Counted from the first letter of the stretch, positions 52,993-62,875 are shown. The stretch: DNA of 64,000 nt from Vicinamibacterales bacterium (GCA_036489235.1 DASXGC010000334.1:1850-65849); one strand, 5' to 3'. The notes: generated by a model not told the origin, from the sequence alone. Numbers and translations are program-made.

Positions 52993-55900
52993 TCAGTGAC
53001 CCTCGGCTTGAACGGGAATCTGAGAAGCGATCTCGGCGTGGGGCCGCCGGCGCGCCACGCGATCCGCGAGACCCTGAACGGTGACGTAGAAGACCGGCGT
53101 CAGAAACACGCCGAACATCGTGACGCCGAGCATGCCCGAGAACACCGCGATTCCCATCGCCCGCCGTACTTCGGCACCGGGTCCCGTCGCCAGCACGAGC
53201 GGGATGACGCCCATGATGAACGCCACCGACGTCATGAGCACCGGGCGCAGTCGGATCCGGCAGGCGTCGAGAATCGCCGTGAGCCGCGCCGCGCCCTCGG
53301 CCTCGCGCTGCCGCGCGAACTCGACAATCAGGATCGCGTTCTTGCAGGCGAGGCCGGCGAGGACGAGGAAGCTGATCTGCGTGAAGATGTTGTTGTCGCC
53401 GCCGGTGAGCCACACGCCGGCGACCGCCGAGAGTAGCGTCATCGGCACAATCAGAATCACCGTGATCGGCAGCGACCAGCTCTCGTACTGCGCCGCCAGG
53501 ACGCCGTAGACGAGCAACACGCACAGCGGGAAGATCAGGAACATCGTGTTGCCAGAGACCGCGTCCTGATACGCGAGCTCGGTCCACTCGAACGCCATGC
53601 CGTTGGGCAGGGTGCGATGAAGCAGATCGGCCATCGCCGCCTGCGCCTGACCCGAACTGTGGCCGGGCGCGGGACCGCCATTGAGCTCGGCGGCGGGATA
53701 GCCGTTGTAGTGCATCAGCTGATCCGGCCCGTACGTCCTGCTGACGTGCAGCACCGATCCGAGCGGCACCATCTCGCCTCGCGCGTTTCGCGTCTTCAGC
53801 TGGACGATCTGTTCCGGCTGCATGCGGAACGATGATTCCGCCTGCACGTTCACCTGGTAGGTGCGCCCGAAGCGGTTGAAGTCGTTCGCGTAGAGCGAGC
53901 CGAGATACACCTGGAGCGTGTCGAAGACGTCGGTCAATGGAATGCCGTAGGACTTCACACGCTCGCGATCGACCTGCACGTCGATCTGCGGTACGCTCAC
54001 CTGGAAGCTCGAGAACAATCCTGCCAGCGACGGTACCTTTTGGCCGTCAGCAGCCGCGCGCTGCACCTGCCGATACAACTCCTCGAATCCGAGGCCTGCG
54101 CGATCTTCGACGTACAGCTTGAACCCGCCGACCGTCCCGAGACCCTGCACCGGCGGAGGCGGGAAGATCGCGACAAACGCGTCCTGAATGGCGCCGAACC
54201 GCTGGTTCAGCTCCGCCACGATGCTGTTTGCATCCATCCCGCGCATCTTCGTCCGCTCGTCCGACGGCTTGAGCCCGACGAATGCGATGCCGGTGTTCGG
54301 CGCGTTCACGAAGCCGTTGATCGACAGGCCAGGAAACGCGATCGAGTTGGCCACACCCGGATGCGCGAGCGCCAGCGCCGTCATCTGCCGGACGACGCGT
54401 TCCGTGCGATCCAGGGTCGCTCCGTCGGGCAGCTGCGCAAACGCCACCAGGTAGTCCTTATCCTGCGGCGGAATGAAGCCCTGCGGTACTTTCGCAAACC
54501 CGACGCCCGTGAGGCCGAGGAGGCCGGCATAGAGCACGAGCACCACGGCCGACACACGCAACACGCGCGAGACACCACCGGCGTAGATCGACGATCCGCT
54601 CGTGAACGCCCGGTTGAATCCGCGGAAGAACCAGCCGAACACGCGATCGATGCCGCGTTGCACGACGTCGCGCGGCGCGCCGTGTCCGCGCAACAGCCGC
54701 GAGGCGAGCGCCGGGCTCAGGGTGAGCGAGTTGAACGCCGAGATGAACGTCGAGATCGCAATGGTCAACGCGAACTGACGATAGAACTGTCCCGTGAGCC
54801 CGCTGATGAATGCGGTTGGCACGAACACCGCGCCCAGGACCAGCGCGATCGCGATGATCGGGCCTGACACTTCCTCCATCGCGCGCCGCGTCGCCTCCAT
54901 CGGAGGCTGCCCGAGCTCGATATGCCGCTCCACGTTCTCCACCACGACGATCGCATCGTCCACGACGATGCCGATCGCGAGGACCAGGCCGAAAAGCGAA
55001 AGCGTATTGAGCGAGAAGCCGAGGCCGAGCATCACCGCGAACGTGCCGACCAGGGAGACCGGCACTGCGACCAGCGGGATGATCGACGCGCGCCAGGTCT
55101 GCAGGAAGATCACGACGACAATGACGACGAGGAGGATCGCTTCGAGCAGCGTGTGAGCGACCGCCCTGATCGACTCGCGGACGAACACCGTGGGGTCGTA
55201 CACGATCCGGTAGTCCACGCCAGGTGGGAAGCTCTGTTTCAAGCGCTCCATCGTCGCGTGGACTTCGTCGGACGCCTGCAGCGCGTTGGTGCCGGGCCGC
55301 TGAAAGATGCCCATGGCCACCGCTGGCTTGTTGTTGAGCAGACTCCGAAGCGAGTAGCTGCTGGCGCCGAGCTCCAGGCGGGCCACGTCCGACAGCCGTG
55401 TGATCTGACCCTCGTCGGTCGCGCGGACGACGATGTCGCGGAACTCAGACTCGGTGGTGAGGCGTCCTTGGGTGTTGATCGACAGCTGGAACGTGGCGTC
55501 GGACGGCGCGGGCGGTGCCCCCAGGACGCCGGCTGCCACCTGAATATTCTGCTCGCGGATCGCGCGCACGACGTCGCTCGTCGTCAGGTGCCGAGACGCG
55601 AGCCGGTTCGGATCGAGCCAGACGCGCATGCTGTACTCGCCGGCGCCGAACACCTGAACGGCCCCGACGCCGCCGATGCGCGTGATCTCGTCCTTCACTC
55701 GCAGATGCGCATAGTTCGACAGGTAGAGCATGTCGTAGCGATCGTCCGGCGAGACGAGGTGCACGACCATGATGAAATCCGGCGAGGCCTTCTCGGTGGT
55801 CACGCCGATGCGCTGCACGTCCTGCGGCAGGCGCGGGAGCGTCTGCGCGACGCGGTTCTGCACCTGGACTTGCGCGTTGTCGAGGTCAGTGCCGAGCGCG

Positions 55901-56187
55901 AATGTGATCGTCAGCGTGAGCGCGCCGTCAGACGTGGCCTGCGAGTACATGTAGAGCAAGCCGTCGACGCCGTTCATCTGCTGTTCCAGCGGAGACGCGA
56001 CCGTCTCGCCGATCACTTTGGGGTTCGCGCCGGGGAATGCCGCGCGCACCACAACGGTCGGCGGCACGACGCCGGGGTACTCGCTGATCGGCAGCTGGAG
56101 GAGCGCCAGCAGTCCGCCCACGACAATCAGCAGCGAGAGGACGATGGCGAAGATCGGCCGCGTGATGAAGAAGGAGGAGAATTTCAT
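52993..56187 (-). CDS. Multidrug efflux RND permease (HAE1/AcrB-like)
   Basis: 1064 aa. MKFSSFFITRPIFAIVLSLLIVVGG.., typical of the AcrB family. Confidence 0.9.
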   Translation of the reverse strand: MKFSSFFITRPIFAIVLSLLIVVGGLLALLQLPISEYPGVVPPTVVVRAAFPGANPKVIGETVASPLEQQMNGVDGLLYMYSQATSDGALTLTITFALGTDLDNAQVQVQNRVAQTLPRLPQDVQRIGVTTEKASPDFIMVVHLVSPDDRYDMLYLSNYAHLRVKDEITRIGGVGAVQVFGAGEYSMRVWLDPNRLASRHLTTSDVVRAIREQNIQVAAGVLGAPPAPSDATFQLSINTQGRLTTESEFRDIVVRATDEGQITRLSDVARLELGASSYSLRSLLNNKPAVAMGIFQRPGTNALQASDEVHATMERLKQSFPPGVDYRIVYDPTVFVRESIRAVAHTLLEAILLVVIVVVIFLQTWRASIIPLVAVPVSLVGTFAVMLGLGFSLNTLSLFGLVLAIGIVVDDAIVVVENVERHIELGQPPMEATRRAMEEVSGPIIAIALVLGAVFVPTAFISGLTGQFYRQFALTIAISTFISAFNSLTLSPALASRLLRGHGAPRDVVQRGIDRVFGWFFRGFNRAFTSGSSIYAGGVSRVLRVSAVVLVLYAGLLGLTGVGFAKVPQGFIPPQDKDYLVAFAQLPDGATLDRTERVVRQMTALALAHPGVANSIAFPGLSINGFVNAPNTGIAFVGLKPSDERTKMRGMDANSIVAELNQRFGAIQDAFVAIFPPPPVQGLGTVGGFKLYVEDRAGLGFEELYRQVQRAAADGQKVPSLAGLFSSFQVSVPQIDVQVDRERVKSYGIPLTDVFDTLQVYLGSLYANDFNRFGRTYQVNVQAESSFRMQPEQIVQLKTRNARGEMVPLGSVLHVSRTYGPDQLMHYNGYPAAELNGGPAPGHSSGQAQAAMADLLHRTLPNGMAFEWTELAYQDAVSGNTMFLIFPLCVLLVYGVLAAQYESWSLPITVILIVPMTLLSAVAGVWLTGGDNNIFTQISFLVLAGLACKNAILIVEFARQREAEGAARLTAILDACRIRLRPVLMTSVAFIMGVIPLVLATGPGAEVRRAMGIAVFSGMLGVTMFGVFLTPVFYVTVQGLADRVARRRPHAEIASQIPVQAEGH

Positions 56188-57320
56188 CGGGCTTCACCCA
56201 TCGAGACGAGGGTCGCATTCGCCTGCGCACCAGGACGCACCCGCTGCAGGCCGTTGACGACGACCAGTTCCCCAGGCTTCAGCCCGTCGCGCACGACGCG
56301 CAGCCCATCGATGACCGGGCCGAGCGTGACCGTCCGCGAGGCGATCGTCTTGTCGGCGCCGACAACCAGCACGAACCGCCGGTTGAGATCGGTGCCGACC
56401 GCGGCGTCCTCGACGAGCACGCCCTGGTACGACACGGTGCCGGGCAGGCGCAGGCGGACGAACAGGCCGGGTGTCAGTCGATGATCCGGATTGCGAAAAA
56501 TCGCCCGTCCGTTGATCGTTCCGGTCGAGGGATCGAGCCGATTGTCGAGGAACTGCAGCGAGCCGTGGTGCAGGAAGGCCTGTTCATCAGCCAGCGCCAT
56601 CTGAATCGGCAGGTCTTGCGACGCGCCCCTGCCGTGCCGCCGCACCCGATCGCCATAGCGCAAAAACGTCTGCTCGTCGGCGTCAAACGACGCGTAGATT
56701 GGATCGACCGACACCACGGTCGTGAGCAGCGTCGCTTCTCCCTGTCCACCAGTCACGAGGTTCCCGCGCGTGACCAGCGCACGGCTGACGCGTCCGGCGA
56801 TCGGCGACACCACCCGCGTGAACTCGAGATCGAGTTCGGCGGCGCGGAGCGCGGCGGCGACGGCGTCGATGTGCGCCTTCGCTTCGGCTGCGGCCCCGGC
56901 GCGGCGCTCGCGCTCCTCGAGCGACATGGCGTTGTCGGCGCCGAGCCGATCGGCGCGCTGCCGCTCCGAGCCGGCGCGATCGCCCGCGGCCTTTGCCTGG
57001 GCGAGCTCGGCGCGAAGCCGTTCCACCTGCGCGACGTACGGGCGATCGTCGAGCTGAAACAGCAGCTGACCCTGCCGAACGATGCTGCCTTCCTCGAACA
57101 TCACCGTCGAAATGAGGCCGGAGACGCGAGGCTTGACGCCAACCGACTGGACCGGTTCGAGGCGTCCTGTGAACTCGTCCCATTCGGTCACCGGGCGGAC
57201 GACCGCCGGTGCGGCGGTCACTTGCGGCAGTGCGGGTGGAGCGGCGGCCGTCTCCACTTTTGTGCAGGCGGCGAAGCCGCCGAGAGCGATGAACAGCGCG
57301 AGAGAAAAACGATTCAACAT
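56184..57320 (-). CDS. Efflux RND periplasmic adaptor subunit
   Basis: Lipoprotein signal (LGGFAAC) and MFP architecture. 4-nt overlap with the RND gene. Confidence 0.9.
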   Translation of the reverse strand: MLNRFSLALFIALGGFAACTKVETAAAPPALPQVTAAPAVVRPVTEWDEFTGRLEPVQSVGVKPRVSGLISTVMFEEGSIVRQGQLLFQLDDRPYVAQVERLRAELAQAKAAGDRAGSERQRADRLGADNAMSLEERERRAGAAAEAKAHIDAVAAALRAAELDLEFTRVVSPIAGRVSRALVTRGNLVTGGQGEATLLTTVVSVDPIYASFDADEQTFLRYGDRVRRHGRGASQDLPIQMALADEQAFLHHGSLQFLDNRLDPSTGTINGRAIFRNPDHRLTPGLFVRLRLPGTVSYQGVLVEDAAVGTDLNRRFVLVVGADKTIASRTVTLGPVIDGLRVVRDGLKPGELVVVNGLQRVRPGAQANATLVSMGEAR

Positions 57321-57437
57321 GCCGTCAGCTTGGTGCCTGGCGAGGGGCCGTCACAATCCGGCAGAGGGTTGAGGAGCCGTTGGACTGAACGGCCGCCGGC
57401 TGGCTCGGCCAAGCTGGCCACGCAGGGATCGGCCAAA

Positions 57438-57459
57438 AGGACGAGATTGTTCTCGTCCT
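57438..57459. other. Perfect 9-bp inverted repeat between the efflux operon and the kinase gene
   Basis: AGGACGAGA-TTGT-TCTCGTCCT. Confidence 0.5.
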
Positions 57460-57485
57460 GATGCGCCGGTGACTCACCCGTCGAA

Positions 57486-58829
57486 GTGGTTGATAATCGA
57501 CGCATGGCCACCTCCGAAAATCCCGGCCCCGTCGCACTTCGCGAGCCGCTTCCCGTCGAGGACGAGATCGCGCAGCTCAAAGCCGAGCTGAGCTCGCTCC
57601 GCGACGATCGTCAGCGCGCCGAATGCATGGCCACAATCCAGAGCGACGCGGTGCAGCTCGCGCTCGATCTGCTGGTCACCCATCCAGACCTGCGCGGCTT
57701 TTTCCGGATGTTCATCAAGCGTCTCGTCGACGAGTCCGAATCACACGCCTGCGGTGTGTGGCTGTTGGACGACGCCACCGGGGCGGCGAACTTGTGGATG
57801 GCCAACATCGGCGGCGAAACTCTTGTGCCCGGCAGCGCGGACTGGCGGTCACTTGACGTGTCGCGCGAGAGCATGAGCCGTCATCTCTCGGAGTCCGAAC
57901 ACACCACTGCTCACGACAGAATCGCCGAGTACGAGGGCGACGACGAACGTCTGCCCGAAGCCGTCCGCGAGTTTCACCGCGCCGCGGGTGTGCGCTCGTT
58001 TCTCATCGCCGGGCTATGGCTGCCGCCGCGTAAGCTCGGCTGGATCACCCTCTCGAGCGTTCCGGATTCCAGCTGCGAGCGTCAGTGGCGCTACGCACTG
58101 CTCGATGCCACGGCGAAGCAGGCGACGCTCGCGGTGTACTACAGCCGCATGGTCGAGAACAGCCTGCTCGAGGCGCGTCGGCAAGCGGTACTCGAGGAGC
58201 GGAACCGGATCGCCTGCGACATTCACGACACGCTCGCCCAGGGGTTTGGCGCGATCCTGATGCAGCTTCAGGCGGCGCAGCGCGGCGGCGCGGCGAGCCT
58301 CGCGCCAGCTGCAGGCCGGAGCCTCGAGACCGCGGTGGACCTCGCCCGCACGCACTTGATTGAGGCGCGCCGGTCGGTCGCGGCGCTGCGGCCGCACTCC
58401 ACCGAACGCGAAGACGTGCCAACGGGGCTGCACCGCCTCGTCGATCTCGCGCAGCGGACAAGCGACGTGCCGGTCGAACTGGTGATCGATGACGTGCCTG
58501 CATTTACCGACGGCGTCGAACGGGAAATCATCGGCATCTGCCAGGAAGCGGTCACCAACGCCGTCCGACATGCACGCGCTCGGCGCATTGTCGTCCGCGC
58601 CGGCGCGGTTCGCGGTGTTGGATTCCACCTGTCGGTCGCCGACGACGGGCGCGGCATCAGCGGGGACCATGGCTCGGCCGGATTCGGGATGACGATCATG
58701 CGGGAGCGCGCCGAACGCATCGGCGCGTCGCTCACGTTCGTCACCGCCGCGCGATCCGGCACCGAAGTCGTGCTCGCGTGGCAGCCGGCGGCGTTCTCGA
58801 TCCCACGAGCGGCCGATGGTGACCGCTGA
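57486..58829 (+). CDS. Cytoplasmic GAF-domain histidine kinase (HisKA_3 / NarX-DegS type)
   Basis: Coiled-coil N-terminus and a GAF-like region. H-box ERNRIACDIHDTLAQ and an HATPase_c domain. Alternative ATG at 57504. Confidence 0.85.
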   Translation: MVDNRRMATSENPGPVALREPLPVEDEIAQLKAELSSLRDDRQRAECMATIQSDAVQLALDLLVTHPDLRGFFRMFIKRLVDESESHACGVWLLDDATGAANLWMANIGGETLVPGSADWRSLDVSRESMSRHLSESEHTTAHDRIAEYEGDDERLPEAVREFHRAAGVRSFLIAGLWLPPRKLGWITLSSVPDSSCERQWRYALLDATAKQATLAVYYSRMVENSLLEARRQAVLEERNRIACDIHDTLAQGFGAILMQLQAAQRGGAASLAPAAGRSLETAVDLARTHLIEARRSVAALRPHSTEREDVPTGLHRLVDLAQRTSDVPVELVIDDVPAFTDGVEREIIGICQEAVTNAVRHARARRIVVRAGAVRGVGFHLSVADDGRGISGDHGSAGFGMTIMRERAERIGASLTFVTAARSGTEVVLAWQPAAFSIPRAADGDR

Positions 58830-59472
58830 TCCGCCGATCGCGGCGGCGCCGCGTCACGCGCGCGTGATGGTGGTGGACGACCATTCGCTCCTGCGAACGG
58901 GCGTGGCGAACATCATCAACCTGGAGCCCGATCTCGAAGTCGTTGCCGAGGCGGCGAACGGGCGGGAGGCGATCGACGCGTTCCTGCTGCATCACCCGGA
59001 CGTTGTGCTGATGGACCTTCGCATGCCCGAGATGGAAGGGGTCGAAGCGATCAGGCGGATCCGTGAGATCGATCCCCAGGCTCGCGTCGTCGTGCTCACG
59101 ACCTACGATGCCGACGAAGATATCGCACGCGCGCTTCAGGTCGGCGCCAAGGCGTATATCCTCAAGGATATCGACGCAGACGCGCTCGTCGCCTGCATCC
59201 GCGCCGTGCTCGATGGGAAGACCTACCTCGCTCCCGCGGCGGCGGCCAAGCTGGCCGAACACGTGACCCAGGTGCAACTGACGCCGCGGGAGCTCGCGGC
59301 GATCCGGCTGGTGGCGAGCGGCCAGAGCAACAAGGAAATCGCCACGGCGCTCGACATCTCCGAGCGGACGGTCAAGAGCCACCTCGCGCATCTCTTCGAG
59401 AAACTTCAGGTCACGAGCCGGACTGAGGCAGTCCGCGTTGCAACTCGGCGTGGCCTGGTGCGGTTCGACTGA
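58816..59472 (+). CDS. NarL/FixJ-family (LuxR-type HTH) response regulator
   Basis: VMVVDDHSLLR..VVLMDLRMPEMEG..; LTPRELAAIRLVASGQSNKEIATALDISERTVKSH. Confidence 0.9.
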   Translation: MVTADPPIAAAPRHARVMVVDDHSLLRTGVANIINLEPDLEVVAEAANGREAIDAFLLHHPDVVLMDLRMPEMEGVEAIRRIREIDPQARVVVLTTYDADEDIARALQVGAKAYILKDIDADALVACIRAVLDGKTYLAPAAAAKLAEHVTQVQLTPRELAAIRLVASGQSNKEIATALDISERTVKSHLAHLFEKLQVTSRTEAVRVATRRGLVRFD

Positions 59473-59486
59473 CAAGGACACGAGCT

Positions 59487-59942
59487 CTAGCCCCCTCCAT
59501 TCACGCCGCTGAGAAATCCGCCGAGATGGCCCGTCAATCCGACGACCAACACGGCGACGGCTTCGATGGGCAGGCGGTACGTCGGCAGGACTCTCTCCGG
59601 ATCACTCCGCACGCGCCAGTGGATCCACAACACAAGCCAGATCAGCACACTTGATACAGATCCCTGAACGAGGTGCATCAGCAGAATCCCTTTCAGTTTT
59701 TGTCCCTCGAGCGCCCACTGCCAGGCGACGAATCCCGTGGCGACGACGGGCACGGTGGAGAACGCGGCGATCATCAGATTGAAAAATGCCGCTGCGGCGA
59801 GCGTTCGGTTCCTTGTCCACTGCGCGAGACAGTCAAACGCCACCGCCGTGGGAAGCAGTGCAATCGGTAAATGAATCAGCACGACATGCTGTGCGTGCTT
59901 CGCCAGAAGCACGCTGTTGACGCTGTAAGGGTTCACGCGCAT
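59487..59942 (-). CDS. DUF2231 domain-containing membrane protein
   Basis: HVVLIHLPIALLPTAVAFD.. and four TM segments. Confidence 0.75.
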   Translation of the reverse strand: MRVNPYSVNSVLLAKHAQHVVLIHLPIALLPTAVAFDCLAQWTRNRTLAAAAFFNLMIAAFSTVPVVATGFVAWQWALEGQKLKGILLMHLVQGSVSSVLIWLVLWIHWRVRSDPERVLPTYRLPIEAVAVLVVGLTGHLGGFLSGVNGGG

Positions 59943-59949
59943 CGTCGCC

Positions 59950-60318
59950 TCACCGCACTACAACCTTGCCGGTCATCTTGGGGTGAATCGAACAGAAGTA
60001 GGCATACGTTCCCGGCTTGGCGAACGTGTGCGAGAACCGCTCGTCCGTGTCCATCACCCTGGACTTGAATGCGCCCTCGGTGGAGACCACGTTGTGGGGA
60101 ATATCGTCACGGTTCGTCCACGTCACCGTCGTACCAGCGGCGACGGTCGCAGTCCCCGGGCCGAAGCTGAAGTTGTCGATCTTTACTTCCGCAGCGACCG
60201 GCGCCTGCGGTTGAGCGTTCGCGGCGATGCCGGTCGATCTTGCGCCGAGCGCCGTCGCCAACGCTATGACGACCGCCACGCCTGTCAGGTACACACGTTT
60301 CTTCATCATCATCCTCAA
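59950..60318 (-). CDS. Cupredoxin (plastocyanin/amicyanin-like blue copper protein)
   Basis: Signal peptide. GTTVTWTNRDDIPHNV...GTYAYFCSIHPKMTGKVVV (His, Cys, His, Met copper ligands). Confidence 0.9.
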   Translation of the reverse strand: MRMMMKKRVYLTGVAVVIALATALGARSTGIAANAQPQAPVAAEVKIDNFSFGPGTATVAAGTTVTWTNRDDIPHNVVSTEGAFKSRVMDTDERFSHTFAKPGTYAYFCSIHPKMTGKVVVR

Positions 60319-60319
60319 T

Positions 60320-61294
60320 TCATCCGATGGTTGTGGGTTGGCTTGATTCTTCGAGTGCGACGTCGGTGATGGCGATCGGGTGTCGGACGCTCTGGAACGA
60401 GACCTGCGTAATGCCCAGCACCTTTTTCAATCGCTCCGGCTCGACCTTCATGGGACCGGGCGAAGGAGCCGTGCCTGGTGCGGGCTGCGGAAATGCGGTG
60501 GACATCGCCGTGTGAAATGTGACGTGCCCCTCCACCTTCTGCATCACCTGGTGAATATGCCCGTTCAGCACCGACACCGATCCGAAGCGCTTCAGGTAGG
60601 CCAACGCGCGCGCGCTGTCGTCTGTCCCCCAACCCCATTCCGGGTAGACGGACCAGAGTGGAATGTGGGCAAACACGACGATGGGCGTGCTGCTTTTCAG
60701 GTGCTTGACGTCGCGCTCGAGCCACTCGAGCTGCTCCGCGCCAAGGGTGCCCAACCCTCCGGCCTTCAAGTTGACTACGTTGACCAGGCCGATGAAATGC
60801 ACGCCGCTGTGGTCGAAGCTGTGCCATCCCGCGCCCTTCGTGTTCTTGCCGAATCGGTCAAGAAAGCTCCGGCCGTCGTCTTCAAGGACGTCGTGTTCGC
60901 CCGGGACGTAGAACACCGGTCGTTTCACTTCCGTCAGGACCTGCTGCAGCGTGTCGAATTCGGCCGGCTTCGAGAGATGGGTCAGGTCGCCGGTGTGCAG
61001 CAGGAACGCCGGCGGCTGGCTCGCGCTGTTGATTTTCGCGATCGCGGCGCGCAGCGTCGCTGTCACATCGGAATTCGCCGGCTTATCGAAGCCGATATGG
61101 CTGTCGCTGATTTGCACGAATTGCAAACCACCCGACATCCCGCCCTTCGCCGCTCCACCGCGGGCGACGTTTTCGATCGGCGCCCCCTTGAGCACGCCGC
61201 CGCTCAGGGTCCACACCGCGGCCGTACCGACCCAGGCCATGCAGTGCAGAAATCTCCGGCGGTCCAGTTCCTTGTCGTCATCGAACATACTCAC
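60320..61294 (-). CDS. Tat-exported metallophosphoesterase
   Basis: Twin-arginine signal (DRRRFLHCMAWVGTAA). Motifs QISDSHIG, HTGDLTH, VPGEHD, GHIH. Confidence 0.85.
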   Translation of the reverse strand: MSMFDDDKELDRRRFLHCMAWVGTAAVWTLSGGVLKGAPIENVARGGAAKGGMSGGLQFVQISDSHIGFDKPANSDVTATLRAAIAKINSASQPPAFLLHTGDLTHLSKPAEFDTLQQVLTEVKRPVFYVPGEHDVLEDDGRSFLDRFGKNTKGAGWHSFDHSGVHFIGLVNVVNLKAGGLGTLGAEQLEWLERDVKHLKSSTPIVVFAHIPLWSVYPEWGWGTDDSARALAYLKRFGSVSVLNGHIHQVMQKVEGHVTFHTAMSTAFPQPAPGTAPSPGPMKVEPERLKKVLGITQVSFQSVRHPIAITDVALEESSQPTTIG

Positions 61295-61387
61295 GCGACC
61301 TCCTTCACGACTGTTTCCGTGTCACTCTCATAGACTGAGGACCCGGTCGGTTTATTCCGGTACGGTGCGGTCGCGGACGGACGAGGG

Positions 61388-61954
61388 ATGGCGGGAATAA
61401 ATCTGCCGGCAGATCAGTCTTTACCTGTGGCTATGGGCCAACGGAGCTTCGAGGCAGTCGTCGTCCCTCATTTGGACGCAGCGTTCAACTACGCGCGGTG
61501 GCTTGCCGGCAACGACGCCGACGCCGAAGATGTCGTGCAGGACGCCGCCGTCCGCGCATTCCGATTCTTTTCGTCCCTGCGCGGCGAAGACGCGCGAGCG
61601 TGGCTCCTGACGATTGTCCGGCATGCCTGGTACGCGCGCCTCTCCTCGCAACGAGCGCGAGCGGTTTCAACGGAGTACGACGAAATGGCGGATCCCCGAC
61701 CAGACGAGAGCCTTGGGCCGGAGGCCCTCGTCATGCAGCGACAGACGGTGGAGCGCGTGCGTCGCGCGGTGGATCAGCTCCCGGTCGACTTCCGGGAGGT
61801 CATCGTCCTGCGCGAGCTCGAAGGGCTTTCCTACAAGGAAATTGCCGCAGTCGTTGGCATCCCGACCGGGACGGTGATGTCGAGACTTGCGCGAGCACGC
61901 GAGCGGCTGCTCGCCATGCTCGATCCGGCACTGGCGACGGGAGACGCATCATGA
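61388..61954 (+). CDS. ECF-type RNA polymerase sigma-70 family factor
   Basis: Region 2 (DAEDVVQDAAVRAF) and region 4 (LSYKEIAAVVGIPTGTVMSRLARAR). Possible later start at 61433. Confidence 0.9.
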   Translation: MAGINLPADQSLPVAMGQRSFEAVVVPHLDAAFNYARWLAGNDADAEDVVQDAAVRAFRFFSSLRGEDARAWLLTIVRHAWYARLSSQRARAVSTEYDEMADPRPDESLGPEALVMQRQTVERVRRAVDQLPVDFREVIVLRELEGLSYKEIAAVVGIPTGTVMSRLARARERLLAMLDPALATGDAS

Positions 61955-62679
61955 CCTGCCATGAACTCGGACGTCTGATCGATCCGTACGTGGATGACGA
62001 ACTGGGTCCAGACGAGGCGGCGCGCTTCGCCGAACATGTTGAACAGTGCGAGGCGTGTCGACGACGGCTCGATGAGCGGGAGGCGCTGGGACGGCTGATC
62101 CGCGCCGTTCCGTATCATCGTGCTCCCGAACATCTCCGCCAGTCCGTGATGACGAGCCGCCGAGGCGCCGGGCCGCGTCGCGCGATCGTCTGGGCCGCCG
62201 CCGCGATGATCGTCATCGGCCTCGGAAGCGCCGCGGGTTTTCGTGTGTGGAGGTTGTCCCAGGCGACGTCCGCCATCGCGGACACGATCGTCGCACGTCA
62301 CGTTGACGCGTTCACGACTGGTCTCATCTCCGTTCCATCATCGGATCAACACACGGTGAAGCCGTGGTTCCAGGGCAAGCTCGATTTCTCACCACCGGTG
62401 TGGGATCTCGGCGCCGCCGGGTTTCCGCTGCTCGGGGGCCGCGTGGATACGGTGAATGGACGGAAGGTCGCGGCGCTTGTGTACCAGCGTCGCCTCCATA
62501 TGATTAGCGTAATGATCTGGCCGCTCGATAATCGCACTGCCGCGAACGATGCACGCACGATTCGAGGGTTTCACGAACGGCATTGGGTCGAAGACGGCAT
62601 GTCGATCTGGGCCGTGTCGGATGTCAACGACAGCGACTTAACGGAGTTCGTCCGAGCGTTTCGTTCAGCACATCCGTAG
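61951..62679 (+). CDS. Anti-sigma factor (zf-HC2, single TM, periplasmic domain)
   Basis: ATGA overlap with the sigma gene. Motif H-x3-C-x2-C (FAEHVEQCEACRRRL), a TM segment (AIVWAAAAMIVIGLGSAAG) and a periplasmic ..HTVKPWFQGKLDF.. domain. Confidence 0.85.
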   Translation: MTCHELGRLIDPYVDDELGPDEAARFAEHVEQCEACRRRLDEREALGRLIRAVPYHRAPEHLRQSVMTSRRGAGPRRAIVWAAAAMIVIGLGSAAGFRVWRLSQATSAIADTIVARHVDAFTTGLISVPSSDQHTVKPWFQGKLDFSPPVWDLGAAGFPLLGGRVDTVNGRKVAALVYQRRLHMISVMIWPLDNRTAANDARTIRGFHERHWVEDGMSIWAVSDVNDSDLTEFVRAFRSAHP

Positions 62680-62811
62680 TCGCCGCACTGCTGAGCTCTT
62701 GTCGACTCTACACATACCCGGCCAGATCGAAATTATTCCAGGACTGAAATACCGACCCAGACCTCTAATCGGCGGGAATATTTCGCCGCGATTCGACATT
62801 GGTGTCTAAGC

Positions 62812-62834
62812 GGCCTCGACATCATGTCGAGGCC
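62812..62834. other. 23-nt perfect palindrome / strong hairpin
   Basis: GGCCTCGACAT-C-ATGTCGAGGCC, 42 nt upstream of ATG 62876 and about 130 nt downstream of the anti-sigma gene. Confidence 0.6.
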
Positions 62835-62875
62835 CATGCGCGCCGCTCGCGGCGCAGCCCCAGAAGGAGCACACC

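Noticed and set aside
51608-53587. 659-aa version of the outer-membrane-factor ORF, extending into the RND gene.
   Set aside because: The N-terminal 199 aa are Arg/Gly-rich and overlap the RND gene's 3' end. A lipoprotein signal (MRANKFF..LSVAAC) starts at 52990, 2 nt after the RND stop.
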